Below, piece by piece: positions 48,233-58,833 of a DNA stretch of 64,000 nucleotides (its first letter is position 1; every line of letters starts with the position of its first letter). The notes beneath the pieces were generated by a model. The model saw only the letters and a list, made by a program, of their open reading frames with translations, was not told the DNA's origin and did no database searches. A program made the position numbers and the translations under genes. Source of the DNA: Pseudomonadota bacterium (GTDB lineage Bacteria > Pseudomonadota > Alphaproteobacteria > Acetobacterales > Acetobacteraceae). Location: NCBI GenBank assembly GCA_021816925.1, contig JAKAWQ010000009.1:2364-66363 (forward strand). Direction: 5' to 3'.

Positions 48233-49003
48233 TCACGCCTCCATCAGGTGGCGGAGAAAGATGCGCGTGCTCTCCTGCCGCGGCTCGGCCAGCACGATCT
48301 CGGGCGGCCCTTCCTCGGCGATCACGCCCTCGTTCATGAACACCACGCGGTCGGCAACGCCCTTCGCGAACCCCATCTCGTGCGTCACCACCACCATCGT
48401 CATGCCGTCCTCGGCAAGCTCGCGCATCACTGCCAGAACCTCGCGCACAAGCTCGGGGTCGAGCGCCGAGGTCACCTCGTCGAACAGCATCACCTCGGGT
48501 CGCATCGCGAGCGCGCGTGCGATCGCCACACGCTGCTGCTGCCCGCCCGAAAGTTGCCAGGGAAAACGGTCGCGGAACCCGGCGAGCCCAACCCGCGCCA
48601 GCACCTCGGCCGCACGCGCCTCCGCCGCCTCCGCGCTCAACCGCCGCACCAGCTGAAGCGCCAACGAAACATTCCGCCCGACGCGGAGATGCGGAAAGAG
48701 GTTGAAGTCCTGGAACACCATGCCGACGCGTCGCTGCGCCTCTGCCGTCGCGGCGCGCGAAAGCCGCGCGGCCGGATCCTGGACGGTCACGCCTTGCACC
48801 CGGATCCTTCCTGCATCGATCCGCGTGAGTCCCGCGACGCACCGCACCAGCGTTGATTTGCCGCTGCCGCTCCGCCCGATCAACACCATCACCTCGCCGC
48901 ACGCCACGCCGAGGTCGATGCCCTTGAGCACCGCCTGCGCGCTGAACGCCTTGCACACGCCTTCGAGCAGGATCGCCGGTCCCTGAGGCCCCGGCCCACT
49001 CAC
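48233..49003 (-). CDS. amino acid ABC transporter ATP-binding protein
   Basis: 256 aa. It has a Walker A motif (GRSGSGKST), a signature motif ([15 protein letters not shown]) and a Walker B motif ([11 protein letters not shown]). The GTG start overlaps the permease stop as GTGA. Confidence 0.93.
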   Translation of the reverse strand: MSGPGPQGPAILLEGVCKAFSAQAVLKGIDLGVACGEVMVLIGRSGSGKSTLVRCVAGLTRIDAGRIRVQGVTVQDPAARLSRAATAEAQRRVGMVFQDFNLFPHLRVGRNVSLALQLVRRLSAEAAEARAAEVLARVGLAGFRDRFPWQLSGGQQQRVAIARALAMRPEVMLFDEVTSALDPELVREVLAVMRELAEDGMTMVVVTHEMGFAKGVADRVVFMNEGVIAEEGPPEIVLAEPRQESTRIFLRHLMEA

Positions 49004-49668
49004 GTCACGTGGAACCGCCGCTCGACCGCGCTCGAAAGCAACGACAGCGGATAGGTGAGCAGGAAATAGACCACCGCGAGCGCCGTATAGAACTCGAACG
49101 GCCGGTAGGTCTGCGCCACCGCCGCCTCGGCGCGGTAGGTCATGTCCGCAACCGCAATGATCGAGACGAGCGAGGAATCCTTCACCACCACGATCAGCAC
49201 GTTGACCACCGCCGGCAGCACGCGCCGGAGCGCCTGCGGCACGATGATATGCAAGAGCGCCTGCGCGCGCGAGAGCCCCAGTACCTGCGCCGCGTCACGC
49301 TGCCCCTGCCCGATCGAGACCAGCCCGCCACGGAAAATCTCGGAAAGAAAGGCACCGCTGTTGAGGCCGATCGTCAGCACCCCGGCCATCCAGGCCGAGA
49401 GATTGATCCCCGAAAGCACCGGCAGCACGTAGAACACCCAGATGAGCTGCACCAGGATGGGTGTGGTGCGGAAGAAATCCACGTAGGCATAGACGAGCTG
49501 CGAGGCGACCGGCACCTTCGCCGCGCGCGGCACCGCGGTCGCAAGCCCGAGCGCAAGCCCGAGTGCCAGCCCCGCGAACGACACCTCCGCCGTGATCGCA
49601 ACGCCGTTCCCGAAGCTCGCCAGCGTGTGGGCGTTGAAGACGACCGCCCAGTCCCACTTGTAGGCCAC
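49000..49668 (-). CDS. amino acid ABC transporter permease (His/Glu/Gln/Arg/opine family)
   Basis: 222 aa, multi-TM, with the segment ...[17 protein letters not shown]... and an EAA-like loop. The GTG start is preceded by GGAGG. Confidence 0.9.
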   Translation of the reverse strand: MAYKWDWAVVFNAHTLASFGNGVAITAEVSFAGLALGLALGLATAVPRAAKVPVASQLVYAYVDFFRTTPILVQLIWVFYVLPVLSGINLSAWMAGVLTIGLNSGAFLSEIFRGGLVSIGQGQRDAAQVLGLSRAQALLHIIVPQALRRVLPAVVNVLIVVVKDSSLVSIIAVADMTYRAEAAVAQTYRPFEFYTALAVVYFLLTYPLSLLSSAVERRFHVT

Positions 49669-49725
49669 CCCGGCGCCTCCTTCGCGCCGCGCCTTGCGCA
49701 GCCCCGCCGGCGGACCTTTCCGGGC

Positions 49726-50577
49726 CTAGGTTCCGAGCCCGGAGTTCGCCGGCGTCACCTCTTTCGCATAGAGCGCCGCAACCGCGCCGCTCTTGTTCTC
49801 TTTGGCGAGGAAGCTGTTGAGCGCCGCCAGAAGCTCGGGATCGCTCTTGCGCACGCCCCAGGCGACCGGCGTCGCATTCACGCCTTCATCCGTGTCCGGA
49901 ATCGCCCGCGCCCAGGAAAACTTGGCCAGGATCGGCCGGCGCAGCGTGCTCGTGATCGCGAAGGCGTCCGAGCGGCCCGACACCACTTCGGCGACGAGAT
50001 TGCCGACGCTCGAACTCAAGAGCCCGCGCTCCTTCGCCTTCGGCAGGAGCTTCCGCGTGATCTCGCCCTCGATCGTGTTCTGCGTGAAGGCGACGGTGAC
50101 GTTCGGGCTGTCCAGGCTAGCGAGCGAGTCGAGCTTCTTCGGATTGTCCTTGCTGACGATGAAGATCTGCCCCGCCTTGAAATAGGGCACCGTGAAGTCG
50201 ATCACCTCCTTGCGAAGTGCGGTCGCCGAAATCGAGGCACCGATCATGTCGTACTTGTGTGCCAGCAGCCCGGGCACAATCGTTGCCCAGGTCGCACCCA
50301 CGAAGTCGATCTTGACCCCCCACTCCTTGCCCAGCATGCGCACAAGGTCCGGGTTGAAGCCGTACCACGTGCCGTTCGTGTGCTGCAGCACCATCGGCGG
50401 ATTGAGCGCCATCGCGACCCGCATCAGCCTAGTGCGCCTGATGCGCGCGAGCGCGCCTTCCGAGGCCGCTGCGCGCGCCGGCCCGGCGGTGAACACCGGA
50501 GCCAACGCGCCTCCGCCCGCGATCAGCCTGAGCGCTTGCCGGCGTGTCTTCACTGAAAGGTTCCTCTCTCGCGTCAT
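49726..50577 (-). CDS. amino acid ABC transporter substrate-binding protein (family 3) with a Tat-like signal
   Basis: 283 aa. The N-terminus ...KTRRQALRLIAGGGALAPVFTAGPARA is a twin-arginine signal, followed by an SBP_bac_3-type body. Confidence 0.9.
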   Translation of the reverse strand: MTRERNLSVKTRRQALRLIAGGGALAPVFTAGPARAAASEGALARIRRTRLMRVAMALNPPMVLQHTNGTWYGFNPDLVRMLGKEWGVKIDFVGATWATIVPGLLAHKYDMIGASISATALRKEVIDFTVPYFKAGQIFIVSKDNPKKLDSLASLDSPNVTVAFTQNTIEGEITRKLLPKAKERGLLSSSVGNLVAEVVSGRSDAFAITSTLRRPILAKFSWARAIPDTDEGVNATPVAWGVRKSDPELLAALNSFLAKENKSGAVAALYAKEVTPANSGLGT

Positions 50578-50700
50578 CGTTCTCTTCCTCCGCCGCCCTG
50601 ATGCGCTGAAAGCGCAATCACGATTGCTAACGCCGCTCCGCCGCCACCGTCAACCGAACCTCCCCCGCGCGAGGATTTGACGCCGTCGCACCGCCGGGTT

Positions 50701-51981
50701 TCAGCCCGGCACGGCACTCGCCGCAGCCTCCCCCCTCGGCCGGCGCGCGCCCGCCGCGCGCGGTTCCCCGATCGGTTCGGACGCCACTCCGAAATGCCGC
50801 ATATAAGGCCGGAATTTCGCCCGCTCCTCCTCCGGATCGAGGCCGTGTTCCTCGAAGCGGTAGTGGCGCAGCCCGTACCCGCCGTTGGGCTCGGCCTCGA
50901 GCGCCGTTGCGATGGCCTCTGCAGCGGCCTCCGGCAGCGCCAGCCCGAAATGCCGGTACACGCCCGCGACCGTCGCCACCGGATCCGCAATGAGGTCGAG
51001 ATAATGCACGTGGCAGATCGGCTCCTGCCAGCCGCTGCCTCCTTGGCTCTCCGCCACCATCCGCAACGCTCCCTCGAGCCAGCGCGCGCTTTCCCCTCGC
51101 CCGATCGCCTGCGCATCGACGCGGCGGCTGAACGCCCGGCGCAGCACCTCGGTCAGCTTGGCGACGGAGAGCAGAACCTTGAGCGGATCGCGGTGCACGA
51201 ACACCACCCGCGCGTCCGGATAGACCTCCTGGAGCGCCGCGAGCGCAAACACGTGGTCGGGGCACTTCAGAACCCACTGCGGGCGCTGCCCCGTCACACC
51301 CGGCCGGTATTGCAGATATTGCAGGAAGCGCTTTTGCAGCCGATAGGCTGGCCGGTGCCCCTCGGCATCCGCCTCGAGCCAGGTTCGATAGGAGGGAATC
51401 CGATACGTCGTGTCGAAACGGAGGCTGCGGAAGGTATGCGCGAGCACCTCCGTGCATTCCTGCGGCGAGGTTGCGCCGAGCGGGTGCAGATCACGGAACT
51501 CCGGCGCCAGCCGCCCGAACATCCTAAGCTGGCGCTCCACACGCGCCGCGCGGCGCTCCGGCGCCCCGTTCACCGCCCCGTCCGGAAACGGAAAGATCGT
51601 CTCCCACACCAGCGGTGCGCGGTTGGCCGGATCGCACACCATCAGTTGGTGCAGGAAGGTCGTGCCGCTGCGCGGCAGGCCGGTGATGACGATCGGCGCG
51701 GCGATCTCCTCCCGTGCGATGGCCGGTTCGCTCCTTCCGGCCGCCTCGAGGCGGAGCCGATTGGTGAGGAAGCGGAGTGCGTCCCACCTGAGCGCGAGCC
51801 ACCCGACCGCGCTGAGCGAGGCCTCCGCCGCGCAGGCGTCGAGCAGCCGCTGCAGCGGCTCTGCGATCTCCTCGGCGCCGAAATCTGCGAACCCGGTGCG
51901 CCGGCTCGCCGCCGCCAAAAGCCGTTCCGCGGCGAGGGGCCGGCTGAGGAGCCCGGCACGGTCGGCGAAGAAATCCGCCAT
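50701..51981 (-). CDS. sulfotransferase family protein
   Basis: It has a PAPS-binding 5'-PSB-like motif (ITGLPRSGTTFLHQLM) and a later region ...VVFVHRDPLKVLLS... The start is taken at ATG 51981 (MADFFADR...); the track extends to 52047. Confidence 0.8.
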   Translation of the reverse strand: MADFFADRAGLLSRPLAAERLLAAASRRTGFADFGAEEIAEPLQRLLDACAAEASLSAVGWLALRWDALRFLTNRLRLEAAGRSEPAIAREEIAAPIVITGLPRSGTTFLHQLMVCDPANRAPLVWETIFPFPDGAVNGAPERRAARVERQLRMFGRLAPEFRDLHPLGATSPQECTEVLAHTFRSLRFDTTYRIPSYRTWLEADAEGHRPAYRLQKRFLQYLQYRPGVTGQRPQWVLKCPDHVFALAALQEVYPDARVVFVHRDPLKVLLSVAKLTEVLRRAFSRRVDAQAIGRGESARWLEGALRMVAESQGGSGWQEPICHVHYLDLIADPVATVAGVYRHFGLALPEAAAEAIATALEAEPNGGYGLRHYRFEEHGLDPEEERAKFRPYMRHFGVASEPIGEPRAAGARRPRGEAAASAVPG

Positions 51982-52402
51982 GCCGAACGCAAGGCTTCGG
52001 ATCTTCACAGCCCTGCTCCGCTGCCCGCAGGCAAAACGCGCCGGCAAGACGCGCGCCGGGCGCGCACGTCAGTTGTGCCGGGTTCGCCCGCGCTCATCGT
52101 CCCAAGGCAGCGGCTCTCTCGCCGCCGGTCATTCATAGAAGAAGACCGCACGCAGAACTCCCGCCCGGCATCCTCAGCGCTCGCGCGCTCCCATGAGCGG
52201 CGTGCCCCGGAAACGCGCCTCCCCCGGGGCGGACCGGCCCCGGCGCGTGAACCGGCGCCTGGCGCCCGAGACGCTAACCCCGCCCGGCGGCCCTGCCTAG
52301 ACGGCCGCGGGCCCGGCTCCGGGGTATGGGCGCCGGAGAGGACAGCTATGCGGATCTGTGCCAGGATACGTGCAACGTCCAGGGAACCGAGACGAGCGGG
52401 AG

Positions 52403-52927
52403 ATGCTCCAGCTTCTGCTTCTGCGCCACGCCAAGTCGGCGTGGGACGATCCCAAGGCCGCCGACCGCACGCGGCCGCTCAGCCGGCGCGGCGAACGCGC
52501 GGCGGCGGCGATCGGCCGGGCGATGGCGGAGCGCGGACTGGCGCCCGACCTCATCCTCGCCTCCCCGGCGCGGCGCAGCCTGCAAACGTTGGCCGCGCTC
52601 GCGCCGCTCCCGCCGAGCACCCGGATCGAGACACCTGAGGCGCTCTACCTCGCCGAGGCTGAAACCCTGCTGGCGGTGCTGCGCGAGCTTCCCAATCAGG
52701 TCACGAGTGTGCTCGCGATCGGCCACAATCCCGGCTTGCATGAACTCGCCGTGAAGCTCGCCGGCGCTGGCGCGGAGCGCCCCGACGTGCTCCGCCTCGC
52801 ACAGAGCTTTCCCACCGCCGCGCTCGCCGAATTTGCGCTCAACGGGCGATGGGCCGATCTCGGCCGCCGCCCCAGCCGTCTGGTACGCTTCCTGCTGCCG
52901 CGCGACCTACCCGAGCTCGCCGCCTGA
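52403..52927 (+). CDS. histidine phosphatase family protein (SixA-like)
   Basis: The ATG at 52403 gives MLQLLLLRHAKSAWDD... with the RHA/G catalytic motif, then ...RPLSRRGE... and ...GHNPGLHELA... Confidence 0.85.
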   Translation: MLQLLLLRHAKSAWDDPKAADRTRPLSRRGERAAAAIGRAMAERGLAPDLILASPARRSLQTLAALAPLPPSTRIETPEALYLAEAETLLAVLRELPNQVTSVLAIGHNPGLHELAVKLAGAGAERPDVLRLAQSFPTAALAEFALNGRWADLGRRPSRLVRFLLPRDLPELAA

Positions 52928-52944
52928 ACGAGACGATCCCCAAG

Positions 52945-52988
52945 GCCGAACCGGGTGCGGAACCGGGCGCGGAACCGGGCGCGGAATT
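52945..52988. repeat. 12-bp tandem repeat, about 3.6 copies
   Basis: gccgaaccgggt gcggaaccgggc gcggaaccgggc gcggaatt, in the intergenic region between the SixA-like gene and gltA. Confidence 0.85.
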
Positions 52989-53141
52989 GCTGCATAGGCG
53001 AAGGTTGCGCCGGACGTATTTCCGCCCTTATTTATTGCACCGCGGGAAACGCGGCCGGCCGACGCTCTCTCCTCACGGCGGGAACCGCCGCGTCGGGTGC
53101 GCGGGCGGCTCCGCCGCCTGCGTTGCATAAGGAGAGAGCGC

Positions 53142-54449
53142 ATGAGCGGCATGGCCAACGGCTCCGTCACCATCAGTTTGGACGGCACCAATAAATCGCT
53201 CACCTTGCCGCTTTTGAACGGCAGTCTCGGCCCCCCGGTTGCCGACATCCGCAAGCTCTACGGCAATCTCGGCATCTTCACTTACGACCCCGGATACGGC
53301 GAGACTGCAAGCTGCGAGAGCAAGATCACCTATATCGACGGCGATCTCGGCATCCTCCTCTATCGCGGCTATCCGATCGAGGAGCTGGCCGAGCACGCAA
53401 GCTTCATCGAGGTCGCCTATCTCCTGCTCAACGGGGATCTGCCGAACCCGGCCGAGCTTGCCGAGTTCGACCAAGGCGTGCGCCGCCACACCATGCTGCA
53501 CGAGCAGCTCCGCCGGTTCTATGAAGGCTTCCGGCGCGACGCCCATCCGATGGCGGTGATCTGCGGCGTGGTCGGCGCGCTCTCCGCCTTCTACCACGAC
53601 AGCCTCGACATCACGAACCCCGGGCATCGCCGCATCAGCGCCTTCCGGCTGATCGCCAAGATGCCGACGATCGCCGCCTGGGCGTACAAGTACGCCACCG
53701 GCCAGCCCTTCGTCTATCCGAACAACGAATTGGGCTATGCCGAGAACTTCCTCTACATGATGAACGCGGTGCCGGCCGAGCCCTTCAAGGGCAGCCCCGT
53801 GCTCGCCCGCGCGATGGACCGCATCCTCACGCTGCACGCCGACCACGAGCAGAACGCTTCGACGAGCACCGTCCGCCTCGCCGGCTCGACGGGCGCCAAC
53901 CCCTTCGCCTGCATCGCTGCCGGCATCGCGAGCCTCTGGGGGCCGGCCCACGGTGGCGCCAACGAAGCGGTGCTCAGGATGCTGGGCGAGATCGGCAACG
54001 TGACGGCGATCCCCGATTTCATCGCCAAGGTGAAGGACCGCCACAGCAACGTCCGCCTGATGGGCTTCGGCCACCGCGTTTACAAGAACTACGACCCGCG
54101 GGCCAAGATCATGCAGCGCACCTGCCACGAGGTGCTCGAGGAGCTCGGCATCAAGGACGATCCCCTCCTCGACCTCGCGGTCGAGCTCGAGAAGATCGCG
54201 CTCGAGGACGATTATTTCGTCAGCCGCAAGCTCTATCCGAACGTCGATTTCTACTCGGGCATCATCCTCAAGGCGATGGGCTTCCCGACCAGCATGTTCA
54301 CCGTCCTGTTCGCGGTTGCGCGCACCGTCGGCTGGATCAGCCAGTGGAAGGAGATGATCGAGGATCCCTCGCAGCGCATCGGCCGCCCGCGCCAGCTCTA
54401 TACCGGCTCCGTCGAGCGCCACTACCTGCCGATCGAAAAGCGCGGCTGA
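53142..54449 (+). CDS. gltA: citrate synthase (type II)
   Basis: The ATG at 53142 is preceded by AAGGAGAGAG. The segments ...[23 protein letters not shown]..., ...[25 protein letters not shown]... and ...[14 protein letters not shown]... are citrate synthase signatures. Confidence 0.96.
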   Translation: MSGMANGSVTISLDGTNKSLTLPLLNGSLGPPVADIRKLYGNLGIFTYDPGYGETASCESKITYIDGDLGILLYRGYPIEELAEHASFIEVAYLLLNGDLPNPAELAEFDQGVRRHTMLHEQLRRFYEGFRRDAHPMAVICGVVGALSAFYHDSLDITNPGHRRISAFRLIAKMPTIAAWAYKYATGQPFVYPNNELGYAENFLYMMNAVPAEPFKGSPVLARAMDRILTLHADHEQNASTSTVRLAGSTGANPFACIAAGIASLWGPAHGGANEAVLRMLGEIGNVTAIPDFIAKVKDRHSNVRLMGFGHRVYKNYDPRAKIMQRTCHEVLEELGIKDDPLLDLAVELEKIALEDDYFVSRKLYPNVDFYSGIILKAMGFPTSMFTVLFAVARTVGWISQWKEMIEDPSQRIGRPRQLYTGSVERHYLPIEKRG

Positions 54450-54613
54450 CCCGCCTTCCCTGCGCCCCGGCCCGCGCTGAGAAAGGCCGCCGCCGGGGCC
54501 TTCATCCGTGCCGGCTCAGCGCCGCGGCCGCGGCCCTCGGATGGTGCGGGCCGAAACGCATCGTGACTCCGCCGGCCTCCAGGTCCCGTTTCGCTCTGCT
54601 CTCGCTGATCCCC

Positions 54614-55009
54614 TCAGGGCTTCTTCTCAACCGTCTCGACCGGTCCGCCCGCCTTCCGCCAGGCCGTCAATCCACCCCGGATATGAGCGACGTTCTCGAG
54701 CCCCATGTCCTGCGCGGTCTTGGCCGCCAAAGCGGAACGCCAGCCGCTCGCGCAGTAGAACACGAACCGCCTCGGCTTGCTGAACTGGGGCTTCGCGTAG
54801 GGGCTCTCCGGGTCGATCCAGAATTCGAGCATGCCGCGCGGGCACGAGAACGCCCCGGGGATTCGCCCCTCGCGCGCGATCTCGCGTGGATCGCGCAGAT
54901 CGACGAACAGCACGCCCTCCTCACCGTGCAATCCGAGCGCTTCCTCGATCGCCAGCGTCATCACCTCGGCCTCCGCCTCGGCCAGCAGATCCCTGTACCC
55001 CCTTTTCAT
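54614..55009 (-). CDS. rhodanese-like sulfurtransferase domain protein
   Basis: 131 aa with an active-site loop (FYCASGWRSALAA) in a rhodanese fold context. Confidence 0.88.
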   Translation of the reverse strand: MKRGYRDLLAEAEAEVMTLAIEEALGLHGEEGVLFVDLRDPREIAREGRIPGAFSCPRGMLEFWIDPESPYAKPQFSKPRRFVFYCASGWRSALAAKTAQDMGLENVAHIRGGLTAWRKAGGPVETVEKKP

Positions 55010-55364
55010 CGGCCGCCCCTCTCACCCCGCGCCGGCCGGCGCGCCCTTGGTTACCACGCGCGCGAGACCTGCGGAAACGCCGCTTCCCTCCCCCATCTCG
55101 CCATTTTTCTTCTGAGGGGGCCGTCCCATCCTCACCCCGCCATCGCGAGGGCCCGCGGCTCGCCTTTCTCGCCCCTTGTATGTCCCCTGTGCTCCCGGTC
55201 GGCGGTAAGCTGAAGGGGGCGACGGCGGACGGAAGCCTGATCCACCCCAGGGTTAGCGAGCCCGCGGGAGAGCATGGTGCTCTCTCTTGCGCGCTCCGCG
55301 CGTGCGAGAGGAACGGCGAGGGCAACGCGCCAATCTCGATCGGCCCACCCGCGTGCCCGCTGCC

Positions 55365-55838
55365 TCAGCACTGCTTGACCTCGGCAATCTTGCCGCCGCT
55401 GATCCGCGCAAGCTCCTCCGCACTCGTGCGAAAGACATGCGCGGGCGAGCCGGCCGCCGCCCAGATCGGATCGAGATCGAAAAGATCTGCATCGAGCAGC
55501 AGAAGCGGCGGGCTGAGATGCCCCACCGGCGCCACCCCGCCGATCGCGAACCCCGTCGTCTCGCGCACGAACTCCGCATCCGCGCGCGCCAGCGCCACGC
55601 CGAGCGCCGCCCCCGCCTTCGCCGGATCCACCCGGTTTGCCCCTGAGGTTATCACCACCGCCGCCCGTCCTCCCGCACGGAAAACGATCGACTTGGCGAT
55701 CTGCGCCACCGTGCAGCCGACCGCGGCCGCCGCCTCGGCAGCCGTGCGCGTACCCACCGGAAAGACCGTGATCGTGTCCGGATGCCCCGCCGCCGTGAGC
55801 GCGGCACGCACGCGTTCCACCGATCCCGCCCCGCTCAT
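55365..55838 (-). CDS. YbaK/EbsC-type aminoacyl-tRNA deacylase domain protein
   Basis: The real gene is the last 157 aa of track ORF 55365..56924 (ATG 55838, preceded by GAGAGAGAGGG). It reads ...CTVAQIAKSIVFRAGGRAAVVITSGANRVD...GFAIGGVAPVGH... Confidence 0.82.
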   Translation of the reverse strand: MSGAGSVERVRAALTAAGHPDTITVFPVGTRTAAEAAAAVGCTVAQIAKSIVFRAGGRAAVVITSGANRVDPAKAGAALGVALARADAEFVRETTGFAIGGVAPVGHLSPPLLLLDADLFDLDPIWAAAGSPAHVFRTSAEELARISGGKIAEVKQC

Positions 55839-55895
55839 GCCCTCTCTCTCGCTTGCCTTGCCAAAGCCGCCACCGGCGGCCCACATGCCGGCGCG

Positions 55896-57044
55896 ATGGA
55901 CCCGCTCGCCCTCTATATCCACTGGCCGTTCTGCCTCGCCAAGTGCCCCTATTGCGACTTCAACAGCCACGTCCGCGAGCGCATCCCGGAGCCTCGCTTC
56001 CGCGCCGCTCTTCTCGCCGAACTTGCCTGGGAGGCCGCGCGCCTCGGCCCTCGCCCGCTCGGTTCGATCTTCTTCGGCGGCGGCACTCCGAGCCTCATGT
56101 CGCCCGAGACCGCCGCCAGCCTCATCGAGACCGCCACCCGCCTTTTTCCGCCCTTGCCCGATCTCGAGACCACGCTCGAAGCGAACCCGACCAGCGTCGA
56201 GCGGGAAAAGCTCGCCGCCTTTCGCAAGGCCGGCGTCAACCGCCTCTCGCTCGGCGTCCAGAGCCTCGATGAGGCGGCGCTCCGTTTCCTCGGCCGCCGC
56301 CATTCCGCGGCCGAGGCGCGCGCGGCGCTGGACGCCGCCCGGCACGTCTTTCCCCGCCTCTCCTTCGACCTGATCTACGCCCGCCCCGTCCAAGCCCTCT
56401 CCGCTTGGCGCGCCGAGCTTGCCGAGGCGCTTTCCCTCGGCCCCGATCATCTCTCGCTCTATCAGCTCACGATCGAACCCGGCACCGCCTTCGCCGCCCT
56501 CCACGCCCAAGGCGCCCTCGGCCTGCCGCCCGCCCGCACCCAGGCCGCCCTCTATGCCGCAACCGCGCAAGCGGCGGCACGCCACGGCCTCTTTGCCTAC
56601 GAAATCTCCAATTATGCCCGCCCCGGCGCGGAAAGCCGGCACAACCTCGCCTACTGGCGCTACACGGACTACGCGGGCATCGGCCCCGGCGCTCACGGAC
56701 GCCTCACGCTCGGCCCCTCCCTCTTCGCCACTCGCCGACGCCGCGCCCCCGAGGCCTGGGCCGCCCGCGTCGAGGCCGCCGGCCACGGAACGGACGAACA
56801 GGAGGCGCTTTCGCCCGCTGCCCGTGGCCGCGAGATGCTGCTGATGGGGCTGCGCCTCGCCGAAGGGATCGATCCCGCCCGCTTCGCCGCCCGCACCGGC
56901 CTCGCCCTCCAAGAGGCACTCCACTCCGAGGTCCTCGAGCAGCTCCTCGACGAAAACTACCTTGCCTGGCGTGGAGAAAAACTCGCCGCCACGCCCGCCG
57001 GCCGTCTCCGGCTCGATGCCCTCCTTCCCCGCCTCCTGCGCTGA
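55896..57044 (+). CDS. hemW: radical SAM family heme chaperone HemW
   Basis: The ATG at 55896 gives MDPLALYIHWPFCLAKCPYCDFNSHV (CxxxCxxC radical-SAM motif), followed by a HemN-like body and a HemN_C region. Confidence 0.92.
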   Translation: MDPLALYIHWPFCLAKCPYCDFNSHVRERIPEPRFRAALLAELAWEAARLGPRPLGSIFFGGGTPSLMSPETAASLIETATRLFPPLPDLETTLEANPTSVEREKLAAFRKAGVNRLSLGVQSLDEAALRFLGRRHSAAEARAALDAARHVFPRLSFDLIYARPVQALSAWRAELAEALSLGPDHLSLYQLTIEPGTAFAALHAQGALGLPPARTQAALYAATAQAAARHGLFAYEISNYARPGAESRHNLAYWRYTDYAGIGPGAHGRLTLGPSLFATRRRRAPEAWAARVEAAGHGTDEQEALSPAARGREMLLMGLRLAEGIDPARFAARTGLALQEALHSEVLEQLLDENYLAWRGEKLAATPAGRLRLDALLPRLLR

Positions 57045-57103
57045 AAGAAACCGGTGCCCGCGCCAAATGCTCGGCCGATCCGTCCGCGCCTCCCCATGCT
57101 GCG

Positions 57104-58828
57104 CTATTTCCGCGCCAGCACCTTGCGCAACGCGCCGAGCGGGCGCGTATTGAGCACGTCATCGGCCTCGATCCAGCCCCGCCGCGCCTGATCGACGCCG
57201 TAGCGGATCAAACCGAATTGCCCCGGATCGTGCGCATCCGTCGAAATCGCAAGCCGGAGCCCAAGCTCCTTCGCCGCCCGGCAATGGTGCGCATCGAGAT
57301 CGAGCCGATCCGGCTGCGCGTTCACTTCCAGATGACAGCCGCGCTCGAGGGCGCCCCGCATCACCCGCTCCATATCAACCCCGTAAGGAGCCCGCCCGTT
57401 GATCAGCCGCCCCGTCGGGTGCGCCACGATATTGAGCAGCCGGTTGTCCATCGCCCACAAAAGCCGCTCTGTCTGCTTCTCCTCGGCAAGCTCGAAGTGA
57501 GAATGGATCGCGCCCACCACGAGATCGAGCCGGCCCAGGATCGAATCCGGCAGGTCGAGCGTACCGCCCTCCAGGATATCCACCTCGATCCCCGCAAGCA
57601 CCGTGATGCCCGAAAGGGTCCGGTTCAGCCGCTCGATCGCCGTGATCTGCTCGCCGAGCCGCCTCGCATCGAGCCCGTGCACCATCGCCATGCGCCGGCT
57701 GTGGTCCGTCACCGCCACATACTCGTAGCCGCGCGCCTGCGCCGCCGCGGCCATCACCGCGAGGCTCGCGTGGCCATCGCTCGCATCGGTGTGCACATGG
57801 AGATCGCCGCGGATATCACCGATCGCGACCAGCCGCGGCAGCCGCCCCTCGCGCGCCGCCGCGATCTCCCCCTCGTCCTCGCGCAGCTCCGGCGGCATGG
57901 TGGCAAGCCCGAGCCTTTCGTAGATCTCGGCCTCGGTTCGCCCGGCCACCCGCCGCGCGCCCTTGAACAAGCCATACTCGTTGAGCTTGAGGCCGCGATC
58001 GATCGCGATCTGCCGGAGCGCAATGTTGTGCGCCTTCGATCCGGTGAAATAAAGGAGCGCCGCGCCGTAGCTCGCCTCGCCCACCACCCGAAGATCCACT
58101 TGCAGCCTGGCCGCGCGCAGCACCACACTCGAACGCGTCGTCCCCTTCTCCAGCACCTCCGTCACATCCTCACAGCCGAGGAAGCGCTGCATCACCGGCC
58201 GCGGATCTTCCGCTGACACAACGAGATCGAGATCGCCCACGGTCTCCCGCCGCCGCCGGGAGCTTCCGGCAACCTCCGCCCTCGCCACACCCGTCGCACC
58301 CCTGAGTGCCGCCAGGAGCGGCGCCACGACCTCATCCGCCACCGCAAGCTTCATCCGCGGCTTCTGTCCCGCGCCATGCTTGAGCGCCTCCACGAGCTTC
58401 GCCGCCGTCACGGTCCCGAAACCTGGCAAGCGCGCCACGTCTCCTGCCGCCAGCGCCGCCGATAATTTCGTAACAGAATCTATCCCGAGCGCCTCGTGCA
58501 ACTTGTGCACCCGCTTCGGGCCGAGCCCCGGCAGGCCGAGCAGCGCCGTGATCCCGGCCGGCGTCTTGCCGCTGAGCCCCTCCAGAAGCGGCAGCCTTTC
58601 CCCGCGCGCCAGCGTCGCGATCTTCTCCGCAAGGTCCGCGCCGATCCCCGGCAGCGCATCCAGCCGCTCGCCCGCCGCCAGCATCTCGGCGACGCCGCGC
58701 GCGAGCCCGCCCACGGTTCGCGCCGCCTGCCGGTAGGCCCGCACGCGGAACGGATTCGCCTGATCGATCTCCAGGAGGTCGGCAATCTCCTCGAGCGCCG
58801 CGGCGATCTCGGCGTTGGCAACCGGCAT
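57104..58828 (-). CDS. polX: family X DNA polymerase with a C-terminal PHP domain (PolX)
   Basis: 574 aa. The N-terminal region NAEIAAALEEIADLLEIDQANPFRVRAYRQAAR contains HhH motifs. It also has Pol-beta-like palm residues (...GDLDLVV...) and PHP His/Asp motifs (...GDLHVHT..., ...VAVTDHS...). Confidence 0.9.
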   Translation of the reverse strand: MPVANAEIAAALEEIADLLEIDQANPFRVRAYRQAARTVGGLARGVAEMLAAGERLDALPGIGADLAEKIATLARGERLPLLEGLSGKTPAGITALLGLPGLGPKRVHKLHEALGIDSVTKLSAALAAGDVARLPGFGTVTAAKLVEALKHGAGQKPRMKLAVADEVVAPLLAALRGATGVARAEVAGSSRRRRETVGDLDLVVSAEDPRPVMQRFLGCEDVTEVLEKGTTRSSVVLRAARLQVDLRVVGEASYGAALLYFTGSKAHNIALRQIAIDRGLKLNEYGLFKGARRVAGRTEAEIYERLGLATMPPELREDEGEIAAAREGRLPRLVAIGDIRGDLHVHTDASDGHASLAVMAAAAQARGYEYVAVTDHSRRMAMVHGLDARRLGEQITAIERLNRTLSGITVLAGIEVDILEGGTLDLPDSILGRLDLVVGAIHSHFELAEEKQTERLLWAMDNRLLNIVAHPTGRLINGRAPYGVDMERVMRGALERGCHLEVNAQPDRLDLDAHHCRAAKELGLRLAISTDAHDPGQFGLIRYGVDQARRGWIEADDVLNTRPLGALRKVLARK

Positions 58829-58833
58829 GCCGC

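Noticed and set aside
54450-54613. Bidirectional terminator between the convergent gltA and rhodanese genes
   Set aside because: Only a short imperfect palindrome (aaggcc...ggcctt, around 54484-54505) is present, with no T-tract. This is not strong enough to annotate.
55839-56924. Upstream 360 aa of track ORF 55365..56924 (-)
   Set aside because: This part is antisense to hemW (CxxxCxxC radical-SAM motif on the plus strand). Only the last 157 codons, the YbaK-like domain with its own SD and ATG at 55838, are credible.
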